A DNA stretch of 32,000 nucleotides, taken from Rathayibacter tritici (GTDB taxonomy: Bacteria > Actinomycetota > Actinomycetes > Actinomycetales > Microbacteriaceae). Shown here piece by piece: positions 25,901-32,000 of the stretch; position 1 is the first letter of the stretch, and every line of letters begins with the position of its first letter. Where the stretch lies: positions 56,026 to 88,025 of the forward strand of contig NZ_PSWS01000036.1 of the NCBI RefSeq assembly GCF_002932875.1, in the 5' to 3' direction. Below the pieces are notes generated by a model. It did no database searches and was not told where the DNA came from. It worked only from the letters and a program-made list of their open reading frames with translations. Position numbers and translations under genes: made by a program.

Positions 25901-27312
25901 CGGTGACTCCTCGTCGTCGGTTCCCAGCTCTCGCGATCGTCGGCGCCGAGCAGCCGGAAGCCCGTCACCAGCGCACGCGTGTCGCCGCCGCTGGCGTAGC
26001 CGTCGTAGCCGATCCGCGCCATCGAGGCGGGGTGGGCCAGCCACTGCTTCACCAGATCGACACGGCAGTCCTCGAACCAGGCGGTCAGCTGGCGTGCACT
26101 GACCTGGCCTGGTGTGGCGGTGCCGTCGGCGACCGCCCTGAGCTGGGCGTCCTGCTCGTCGGCGCCGAGGTCGGCGAAGCCGCGGAGGGTGTCGAGCGCG
26201 AGTCCGTAGGCGACCGGGTCGGCCGGCAGGTCCGCGTTGCGCCAGCCGTCGCCCTCGCCGTTCGCGAGCTGCGTGTCGACGCGGGCGGCCAGGTCGATCT
26301 GCCCGCCCTCCTGCGGGACCACCCGGCCGGCGATCGCCCGGAGGTCGATGAGCTGCACGGCGGTCAGGGCTCGCGGCGCGTACTCCGGATCGTCGGCGAG
26401 CGCACGCACGGCGAGCAGACCGCGCACCCGTGTGGAGGTGCGGGCGGAGGCGATGACCGCGCCCACGTCCGCCGGCACGACAGGAGCGACCCCGGCCTCC
26501 TCCTCCCAGAATCGCCGGATCGCGGAGGCCACCTCGGCAGGACGCTCGAACGGCAGCAGGTGGCCCGCCCCCGCGAGGGTGAGCAGCCGACCGCGGGAGT
26601 AGAGGGAGCCGTTGAGGCGGGCCTGTGCGTCGGTGCCGAGGTCGCCGTCCTCCCCGCCCGCGATCAGGAGCGCCGGCGCGGCGTCGAGCGCGGCCTCGGC
26701 CGTGCGGTCCTCGCGGCTGCCGTGCTCGAGCCAGTCGCGCCAGCCCTCGGGGGAGTAGCGGCGTAGTTCGGCGAGCGCCTCCGCGTCGGTGTCTACGGGC
26801 AGCGGCGAGCCGACGTTCTGGTCGACGAATTCGCGCGCCTGCGCCTGGTCGAGTGGGCCGTCGTCGACCCAGCCGAGCATGGTCGAGCGGCGCTCCTCCG
26901 CCATCGGCTCGGGCGAGAGCGGCGACCCGGCGAGCAGCACGACTCCGGCCAGCCCGAACAGGCCCGAGCGGCCGGTCATCGTGCGGGAGGCGACCAGCGA
27001 GGCGATCTTGCCGCCCATGCTGTGCCCGAGGAGCAGCCAGCGGGAGGCGCCGTGGTCGCGGATCCGGCGGATCGTGGCAGCGGTCAGCGCTTCGAGCGAG
27101 GTTCCGGAGTCGCCGGGCAGGTCGAGCGCGACGAGGTCGGCGACCTCGGCGAGCTCCCGGCGCAGCGCGTCGAAGGCACGGCCGTCGAGCCCGAGCCCGG
27201 GCAGGGCGAAGAGAGTGGGGCGGGGGCTCGTGGACACGGGCGTCCTGTCGGATCGGCCGCGCCACGGCAGGGGGAGCGGGAGGGGGCGGCGGCGGGTGGC
27301 GGCCGTCTTCAT
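25897..27312 (-). CDS. Fusion protein: alpha/beta hydrolase (N) + gluconate-2-dehydrogenase subunit-3-like domain (C)
   Basis: The N-terminal half has nucleophile elbow LLGHSMGG and a C-terminal GAGHLLPFE His. The C-terminal ~190 aa (LTAVQLIDLRAIAGRVVPQ...DGWRNADLPADPVAYGLALDTL...DEQDAQL) resemble the small partner subunit normally encoded next to GMC oxidoreductases. Confidence 0.65.
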   Translation of the reverse strand: MKTAATRRRPLPLPLPWRGRSDRTPVSTSPRPTLFALPGLGLDGRAFDALRRELAEVADLVALDLPGDSGTSLEALTAATIRRIRDHGASRWLLLGHSMGGKIASLVASRTMTGRSGLFGLAGVVLLAGSPLSPEPMAEERRSTMLGWVDDGPLDQAQAREFVDQNVGSPLPVDTDAEALAELRRYSPEGWRDWLEHGSREDRTAEAALDAAPALLIAGGEDGDLGTDAQARLNGSLYSRGRLLTLAGAGHLLPFERPAEVASAIRRFWEEEAGVAPVVPADVGAVIASARTSTRVRGLLAVRALADDPEYAPRALTAVQLIDLRAIAGRVVPQEGGQIDLAARVDTQLANGEGDGWRNADLPADPVAYGLALDTLRGFADLGADEQDAQLRAVADGTATPGQVSARQLTAWFEDCRVDLVKQWLAHPASMARIGYDGYASGGDTRALVTGFRLLGADDRESWEPTTRSHR

Positions 27313-27375
27313 CCCAACACACCTTGCCCGCGCGCCCGGACCCTTGCGTCGGAGGCGCTCCCGTGCAACCGCCGC

Positions 27376-27423
27376 GCTCCGCCGTCTCCGTGCTCCGCCG
27401 TCTCCGCGCTCCGCCGTCTCAGT
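27376..27423. repeat. Tandem repeat, 3 x 16 bp (GCTCCGCCGTCTCCGY), last unit containing the lysE-family stop codon
   Basis: Units at 27376-27391, 27392-27407 and 27408-27423 (the last is diverged, ...TCAGT). The exporter stop TCA (minus strand) is at 27419-27421. Confidence 0.9.
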
Positions 27424-28057
27424 GCAGGGCCAGCGACACCGCGAGCGCCACCATCACGACTGCTACGGCCGCATCGAGCACCCGCCACGCGACGCGGCTC
27501 CGGAACAGCGGACGCAGCGCCCGGGCGCCGAACCCGAGGGCGGTGAACCACAGCACGCTCCCCGCCGCGGCGCCCGCTCCGAACCACCAGCGCTCCTCGC
27601 CGTGCGTGTTCGCGACAGAGCCCAGCAGGACGACCGTGTCGAGGTACACGTGCGGGTTGAGCAGCGTGAGCGCCAGACACGTGCCGATCGCCGTGCGGAG
27701 CGAGGTGGATGCGCCGGCCGGATCGCCGTCGAGCGTCCCCGGGCGCAGAGCACGCCGGGCGGCGAGCGCCGCGTAGACCAGAAGGAAGACGATGCCGCCC
27801 CAGCGGATCACCACCAGCAGCCACGGCGCCGATTGCAGGACCGCGCCGATCCCCGCGATCCCCAGCACGATCAGAGCGGCATCGCAGAGTGCGCAGATCG
27901 CCACGACGGCAGGCACGTGCTCGCGGCGGAGGCCCTGGCGGAGCACGAAGGCGTTCTGGGCGCCGATGGCCACGATGAGCGAGAGACCGAAGCCGAGGCC
28001 CGACAGGGCGGCGAGCAGCGGTACGGCGGGCAGCGGCACGGCGGGCAGCGGAGACAC
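27419..28057 (-). CDS. LysE/ArgO-family basic amino-acid exporter
   Basis: 212 aa with ~6 TM helices. It carries the N-terminal signature LIVAIGAQNAFVLRQGLRREH. Codons 3-12 (PLPAVPLPAV) come from a 2 x 15 bp duplication at 28023-28052. Confidence 0.85.
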   Translation of the reverse strand: MSPLPAVPLPAVPLLAALSGLGFGLSLIVAIGAQNAFVLRQGLRREHVPAVVAICALCDAALIVLGIAGIGAVLQSAPWLLVVIRWGGIVFLLVYAALAARRALRPGTLDGDPAGASTSLRTAIGTCLALTLLNPHVYLDTVVLLGSVANTHGEERWWFGAGAAAGSVLWFTALGFGARALRPLFRSRVAWRVLDAAVAVVMVALAVSLALH

Positions 28058-28124
28058 GTGTCGACGCTAGAGGCGTCCTCGCCTGTAGACCAGCTCACGC
28101 TCCTTCAGACCGTCAGCAGAACTG

Positions 28125-28208
28125 GTGCTGACCGACGACCTCGACCTCTCCCGGCTGCGCGCGCTCGCCGCCGCCGTCTCCGAGGCCGCCCGCGCCTGCC
28201 TCCGCTGA
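28125..28208 (+). pseudogene. Possible 27-codon stump of a LysG/ArgP-type LysR regulator divergent from the exporter
   Basis: GTG 28125 lies 67 bp from the exporter start. The peptide VLTDDLDLSRLRALAAAVSEAARACLR* resembles the first ~18 residues of LysG/ArgP N-termini (..QL.AL.AVV..), then ends in the 13-bp repeat. Speculative. Confidence 0.3.
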
Positions 28209-28236
28209 CTGCCTCCGCTGACTGCCTCCGCTGACT
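28198..28236. repeat. Perfect tandem repeat, 3 x 13 bp (GCCTCCGCTGACT)
   Basis: Units at 28198, 28211 and 28224. Each unit carries a TGA (28206, 28219, 28232), and together they fall in all three plus-strand frames. Confidence 0.95.
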
Positions 28237-28247
28237 GCTGCCGGCGC

Positions 28248-29075
28248 TCAGACCGCGAAGACGTCGCGGAGGGTGACCGTCTCCAGCGAGCGCTCGTGGA
28301 GGATGTCGACGAGCCGCGCGTAGACCTGCGTCACCGGGTCGAAGTTCGCATGCCCGATCACGATGTGCTGCGGCAGGAACCATTGATCCGCGAAGCCGAC
28401 CACCTGCTCCGGAGTGATCCGCCCCGAGTCCGAGAGCGAGCCGTACCAGAGCACCGTCGCCCGGTAGCCGATCGCCGCCGCCGCCGCGCGGGTCCGCTCG
28501 TCGGTGTAGCCGAACGGCGGCCGGTAGAACGGCGCCGCCTCCACGCCGTAGGTCGAGCGGATGAAGTCGCCGTTACGCCCCAGTTCCTCCTGCACCCCAG
28601 CGGTCGAGAGGTCCGTGAGGTCGGCGTGCGACCAGGTGTGGTTCGCCAGCTGCACCTGCCCCGAGGCGACCAGTGGACCGAGCGCCGGCGCGTTCACGGT
28701 CCACGAGTCGTACTGCCCGTTGAGGAAGAAGGTCAGGCGCGTCCCGGTGTCCCTCGCGAACTGCGCGTACGCGGCCACCACACCGGAGTCGGCGCCGTCG
28801 TCGACGGTCCACGCGAGCAGCTTCCCGTCCCCCGGCAGCTCCGAGATCGTGCCCGAGGGCAGCGGCGCCTTCACCCGCACCGGCACCGGCGCGGCGGTTC
28901 CGCTCGGCGCGGGGCGCGGGAGAGCCGGAGTGACGGGCTGTTGCACGTCCGCGGGCGCCGGTTCCGTAGGTGTGCATCCGGTCAGCGCCACCGCCGAAGA
29001 GGCGATCCCCAGCAGCAGCGCGCGCCGCCTCAACCGCTCCACAAGCCTCCCTTTCGAGCCCCGGTCCCGGAGCAT
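28248..29075 (-). CDS. Polysaccharide deacetylase (NodB-type) lipoprotein
   Basis: Signal peptide with lipobox VALTGC. NodB motifs WTVDDGAD and NHTWSHAD are present. An alternative GTG start at 29042 (VERLRRRALLLG...) follows the SD AAGGGAGG. Confidence 0.85.
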   Translation of the reverse strand: MLRDRGSKGRLVERLRRRALLLGIASSAVALTGCTPTEPAPADVQQPVTPALPRPAPSGTAAPVPVRVKAPLPSGTISELPGDGKLLAWTVDDGADSGVVAAYAQFARDTGTRLTFFLNGQYDSWTVNAPALGPLVASGQVQLANHTWSHADLTDLSTAGVQEELGRNGDFIRSTYGVEAAPFYRPPFGYTDERTRAAAAAIGYRATVLWYGSLSDSGRITPEQVVGFADQWFLPQHIVIGHANFDPVTQVYARLVDILHERSLETVTLRDVFAV

Positions 29076-29203
29076 CGCGGCGACCGTAGCCGGGGGGAAG
29101 GTCGCCGGGCAAAACGGTGGCGGGATCTCCGGCGCAGCAGGCGCCCCGCGGCCACCGGTGTCCCGCATCCGCGGGTGCCCTGCGGCCACAAGTGCCCCGC
29201 GTG

Positions 29204-29233
29204 TTGCGGCAGTCGCCCGGGCCCGCCTAAGCT
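29204..29233 (+). promoter_or_regulatory. Candidate promoter of the rpmB operon (TTGCGG-N18-TAAGCT)
   Basis: -35-like TTGCGG at 29204-29209 and -10-like TAAGCT at 29228-29233, followed by palindrome GCGTGCATCTGCACGC (29243-29258). By eye only. Confidence 0.25.
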
Positions 29234-29349
29234 AGCGAGGTTGCGTGCATCTGCACGCGCTTGCGTGCTGCCCGCCGGGCGGGGGCTCCGGCTCCTACCG
29301 AACGGCCGGGCGGTGCGCCGACAAGTGACCTTGGGTGGGTCGGGCGAGG

Positions 29350-29386
29350 CCATGTGTCCCGCGTGATCCACGGTAACCACACATGG
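29350..29386 (+). promoter_or_regulatory. 5'-UTR hairpin whose 3' arm abuts or overlaps the rpmB Shine-Dalgarno
   Basis: CCATGTGT (29350-29357) pairs with ACACATGG (29379-29386). The SD GGAGGA is at 29385-29390 and the ATG at 29395. Confidence 0.3.
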
Positions 29387-29394
29387 AGGAAATC

Positions 29395-29631
29395 ATGGCA
29401 GCAGTCTGCCAGGTGACCGGAGCCGTCCCCGGCTTCGGGCACGCCATCTCGCACTCGCACCGGCGCACCAAGCGCCGCTTCGACCCGAATGTGCAGAAGA
29501 AGACGTACTACGTGCCGTCGCTTCGCCGTAACGTCACCCTGACCCTCTCGGCCAAGGGCATCAAGGTCATCGACGCCCGTGGCATCGAGTCCGTCATCAA
29601 GGACATTCTCGCTCGTGGGGTGAAGATCTAA
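29395..29631 (+). CDS. rpmB: 50S ribosomal protein L28
   Basis: [36 protein letters not shown]... is the canonical L28 N-terminus. SD GGAGGA lies 4 nt upstream. Confidence 0.95.
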   Translation: MAAVCQVTGAVPGFGHAISHSHRRTKRRFDPNVQKKTYYVPSLRRNVTLTLSAKGIKVIDARGIESVIKDILARGVKI

Positions 29632-29798
29632 TGGCAAAGCAGCAGGACGTCCGTCCCATCATCAAGCTCCGTTCGACGGCCGGCACCGGTTACACCTACG
29701 TGACCAAGAAGAACCGCCGCAACGACCCCGACCGTCTCGTGCTCAAGAAGTACGACCCCGTAGTGCGTAAGCACGTCGACTTCCGCGAGGAGCGCTAA
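29631..29798 (+). CDS. rpmG: 50S ribosomal protein L33 (Cys-less form)
   Basis: Translated by hand; it is too short for the ORF track: [55 protein letters not shown]. The ATG shares one base with the L28 TAA. Confidence 0.93.
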   Translation: MAKQQDVRPIIKLRSTAGTGYTYVTKKNRRNDPDRLVLKKYDPVVRKHVDFREER

Positions 29799-29800
29799 AT

Positions 29801-30106
29801 ATGGCTAAGAAGAGCAAAATCGCCCGCAACGAGCAGCGCAAGGTGGTCGTTGACCGCTACGCCGCCAAGCGCCTCGAGCTGAAGAAGGCCCTCGTCGACC
29901 CGGCCGGGACCGACGAGTCCCGCGAGGCCGCCCGCGTCGGCCTCCAGAAGCTGCCCCGCAACGCCTCGCCCGTCCGCGTCCGCTCGCGTGACGCCGTCGA
30001 CGGCCGCCCCCGCGGCAACCTCACGAAGTTCGGCATCTCGCGTGTCCGCTTCCGCGACATGGCGCACCGCGGCGAGCTGCCCGGCATCACCAAGTCGAGC
30101 TGGTAG
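29801..30106 (+). CDS. rpsN: 30S ribosomal protein S14 (long, 101-aa zinc-independent form)
   Basis: [14 protein letters not shown]...[21 protein letters not shown] is canonical S14, with no CxxC motifs. Confidence 0.95.
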   Translation: MAKKSKIARNEQRKVVVDRYAAKRLELKKALVDPAGTDESREAARVGLQKLPRNASPVRVRSRDAVDGRPRGNLTKFGISRVRFRDMAHRGELPGITKSSW

Positions 30107-30122
30107 CAGCGCGCTCACCGTG

Positions 30123-30158
30123 GGCCCGCGATCCAATGGATCGCGGGCCTTTGTCGTT
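30123..30158 (+). terminator. Rho-independent terminator after rpsN
   Basis: 12-bp GC-rich stem GGCCCGCGATCC (30123-30134) / GGATCGCGGGCC (30138-30149), loop AAT, then TTTGTCGTT. Confidence 0.8.
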
Positions 30159-30168
30159 CCTCCGGCCG

Positions 30169-30174
30169 TAAAAT
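30169..30174 (+). promoter_or_regulatory. -10-like TAAAAT hexamer 6 nt before the deoC ATG (possible leaderless transcript)
   Basis: It is the only AT-rich hexamer in the gap and there is no SD before ATG 30181. The spacing fits TSS = A of ATG. Confidence 0.3.
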
Positions 30175-30180
30175 AACCGA

Positions 30181-30906
30181 ATGACCGACTCCACCCTGCC
30201 CGCCCTCGCCGAGATCGCGGCTCTCATCGACCACGCGATCCTGAAGCCCGAGCTCACCCGAGCCGACGTCGACGCCCAGCTCGACGAAGCGCGAGCATCC
30301 GGCGTCTTCAGCGTCTGCGTCCGCCCCTCCGACATCGACCACGCCGTCGCCCGGCTCGACGCCTCCGCGGTCCTGGTCGGCACGGTCATCGGCTTCCCCC
30401 ACGGCACCACCTCCACCGCGGCGAAGGTCGCCGAATCGCGACAGGCCCTCGCCGACGGCGCGGTCGAACTCGACATGGTCGTCAACATCGGCCGCCTGCG
30501 CAGCGGCCTGCTCCAGGACGTCGAGGACGACATCCGTGCGGTCGTCGACGCCGCAGAGGGTCGCATCGTCAAGGTCATCCTCGAGACGAGCGTCCTCGAC
30601 GACGAGCAGATCGTCGGGGGCAGCCGCGCCGCCGAGCGCGCCGGAGCCGACTTCGTCAAGACGGCCACGGGGTTCGCCGGCGGCGGCGCCACCGAGCACG
30701 ACCTGCGCCTGATGCGCGGCGCCGTCTCCGAGGCCGTCCAGGTGAAGGCGTCCGGCGGCGTCCGCGACCTCGACACTCTCCTCGCCTACCGCGAGCTGGG
30801 CGTCACCCGCTTCGGCACCAGCGGCTCCGCGACCATCCTCGGCGACCTCGCCGCGCGGCTCTCGGGCGACTCCTCCGCGGCTCGTGTCGACTCCGCCTCC
30901 TACTGA
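30181..30906 (+). CDS. deoC: Deoxyribose-phosphate aldolase
   Basis: IDHAILKPE, VCVRP, VIGFPHG, Schiff-base/active Lys blocks VKVILET and FVKTATGF, and VKASGGVR. Confidence 0.92.
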   Translation: MTDSTLPALAEIAALIDHAILKPELTRADVDAQLDEARASGVFSVCVRPSDIDHAVARLDASAVLVGTVIGFPHGTTSTAAKVAESRQALADGAVELDMVVNIGRLRSGLLQDVEDDIRAVVDAAEGRIVKVILETSVLDDEQIVGGSRAAERAGADFVKTATGFAGGGATEHDLRLMRGAVSEAVQVKASGGVRDLDTLLAYRELGVTRFGTSGSATILGDLAARLSGDSSAARVDSASY

Positions 30907-30932
30907 CGGATCGGCCGCTGACGGATCGGCCG
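30903..30932. repeat. Perfect tandem duplication, 2 x 15 bp (CTGACGGATCGGCCG) containing the deoC stop
   Basis: Units at 30903-30917 and 30918-30932. TGA at 30904 (the deoC stop) and TGA at 30919 are in the same frame. Confidence 0.95.
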
Positions 30933-30958
30933 GGAGCCGTACCGCACCCGCCGGCCGG

Positions 30959-31498
30959 ATGACGCCGGTGCGCCTGCGCCCGGGCCGAGCCGGCCGCTGG
31001 GCCGAACGCACCCGCCGCCCCCTCGACGAGATCGCCCGCGCCCTCAAGGAGCGGGTCTACGCGACCTTCACCGGCCTGGCCGTGGTGATGATCTACCTCG
31101 TCGGCGACCACCCGGACGCAGTGCACGCCCTGCAGAGCCTGGTGGTCTCGATCGTCGGGATCTCGGCCGCCGGCTTCGTCGCCGAAGTGATCGCACACCA
31201 GATCGTGCACGCGGCGACTCCCTCCGCCGCCGAGGCGCGCACCATGCTCCGGATCGCCGGCGGAGCGCTCGCGTCCGCCTCGCTGCCGGTCCTCGCGCTC
31301 GGGGCGGCGGCCCTGGGCTGGATCGACGCCACGCTCGCCCTGCGCATCGGCGCGGGCGTCTATGTCGCGACTCTGGCGGCGATCGCCGTGATCGCCGTCG
31401 TCCGCGCGGGACTCTCCTGGCGGCAGAGCCTCGTCTCGCTGCTCGGCATTGCGGGGCTCGGCGCGCTGGTCGTGGGTGTCCTGGCCCTTGCGCACTGA
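30959..31498 (+). CDS. Hypothetical integral membrane protein
   Basis: High-GC3 frame with ~4 hydrophobic helices (FTGLAVVMIYLV, LVVSIVGISAAGFVAEVIA, ...LLGIAGLGALVVGVLALA). Start chosen at ATG 30959; the track ORF begins at 30884 in low-GC3 sequence. Confidence 0.6.
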   Translation: MTPVRLRPGRAGRWAERTRRPLDEIARALKERVYATFTGLAVVMIYLVGDHPDAVHALQSLVVSIVGISAAGFVAEVIAHQIVHAATPSAAEARTMLRIAGGALASASLPVLALGAAALGWIDATLALRIGAGVYVATLAAIAVIAVVRAGLSWRQSLVSLLGIAGLGALVVGVLALAH

Positions 31499-31731
31499 GC
31501 GCGTACTGCGGCCGCGCGGAGGCTCGAGCGATGACGTCACGAACCCGGGTCAAACTCGGCCGCCGCGAGGACCTCGGCGATCTGCGCGGCGCGCTCCTCC
31601 TCGACGCCGGGCGCAGGTGACCAGCGCCCCCGGAAACGCGGCCACAACACTGCCCGCGCATGTCGAGCGTCCCTTGCACTGGGGTGGCTCAGCAGGAGGT
31701 TCCTGAGCACGGGCGTCCTGCGCGCTGCCCG

Positions 31732-32000
31732 TCAGATCGTGCCGGGTCCACGGAGCGATTCGTCGCTGTCCGCATCGTCCAGGCCCAGGCCCAGGCCCAG
31801 GCCCAGTCCCTCCACGACCTCGCGGCCGAGCAGGTGGGCGCCGCTCCACCCCTCGATCACGCAGCGGGGAAACGCCTCACGGTCGGGGGAGCGGAGCCAC
31901 GTGGTTGCGGCCTCGCGGGCCCATGATTCCGAGGCGTAGACGCCCATGATCTCGGTGCGGTCGTCCCAGGGGGTCGCAGTGGAGAGCACGAAGTGGTCAC
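31732..32000 (-). CDS. Hypothetical protein, C-terminal part (frame open to window edge), with (GL)5 linker
   Basis: High-GC3 frame continues past the listed GTG 31989 to base 32000. No family recognised. Confidence 0.5.
   Translation of the reverse strand, partial: DHFVLSTATPWDDRTEIMGVYASESWAREAATTWLRSPDREAFPRCVIEGWSGAHLLGREVVEGLGLGLGLGLDDADSDESLRGPGTI
31780..31809. repeat. Hexanucleotide repeat (CAGGCC)4 plus one diverged unit, encoding (GL)5 on the minus strand
   Basis: Read directly: units at 31780, 31786, 31792 and 31798 are perfect, and 31804 is CAGTCC. Confidence 0.9.

Noticed and set aside
24368-27322. Single 984-aa ORF spanning the GMC gene and the region upstream
   Set aside because: Only the C-terminal 510 aa (from ATG 25900) are GMC-like, and the N-terminal half is Arg/Pro junk. 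The 25897..27312 frame encodes a coherent hydrolase-fusion protein ATGA-coupled to the GMC start.
29076-29230. Riboswitch (e.g. ydaO/cyclic-di-AMP class) in the 5' region of the cell-wall deacetylase gene
   Set aside because: The region is structured (CGGCGACC...GGTCGCCG), but I could not recognise the conserved cores of any riboswitch class I know. It would need a covariance-model scan (Rfam/Infernal).
29190-29394. Zur box upstream of rpmB
   Set aside because: Actinobacterial Zur operators, as I recall them, are AT-rich palindromes (TGAAAA...TTTTCA-like). No such sequence occurs here or elsewhere in the window. The GC-rich palindromes present do not resemble it.
31068-31679. 203-aa minus-strand ORF overlapping the membrane-protein gene
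   Set aside because: It has an Arg/Pro/Ser-rich off-frame composition and is antisense to a high-GC3 hydrophobic ORF.

Overview
The window is high-GC (roughly 70%) chromosomal DNA with actinobacterial gene content, possibly Micrococcales; the taxon is inferred, not proven. It is densely coded on both strands. I support about 35 protein genes and found no tRNA, rRNA, CRISPR array, transposase or integrase.

Gene content, left to right:
- znuA(partial)-znuC-znuB-zur zinc-uptake operon.
- Asparaginase-domain protein, DoxX-like membrane protein, and a divergent GntR/FadR regulator plus CynX-type MFS pair.
- Membrane-anchored esterase.
- A repeat-built upstream ORF coupled to an SDR / CrtI-like flavoprotein / SRPBCC operon.
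- NIPSNAP-like protein, Ppx/GppA, and PrpD.
- A complete Streptomyces-type glycopeptide-resistance module, vanH-vanA-vanX-vanR-vanS, all on the minus strand.
- putA with a divergent LysR regulator.
- A DUF222/HNH (REP13E12-like) endonuclease gene.
- A (CTGC)23 microsatellite that exactly fills the gap between two convergent stop codons.
- A GMC oxidoreductase with an unusual alpha/beta-hydrolase::gluconate-2-dehydrogenase-subunit-3 fusion partner.
- A LysE/ArgO exporter bracketed by tandem repeats, next to what looks like the decapitated stump of its regulator.
- A NodB-type deacetylase lipoprotein, rpmB-rpmG-rpsN (all Cys-less 'C-minus' forms), deoC, a membrane protein and a partial hypothetical gene.

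I cannot point to a clear, self-contained novel multi-gene system such as a defence island. The most unusual signals I can defend are:
1. The vanHAX-RS module with a G-quadruplex and inverted-repeat control region.
2. The 23-unit tetranucleotide repeat.
3. A recurrent pattern of perfect 12-16 bp tandem duplications sitting on or next to stop codons.
4. The (ESPVR)4 upstream ORF coupled by ATGA to an operon that encodes two tail-anchored enzymes.
5. The hydrolase-fused GMC partner protein.

All family assignments rest on motifs read by eye and on recollection of family sequences. No database search was run.
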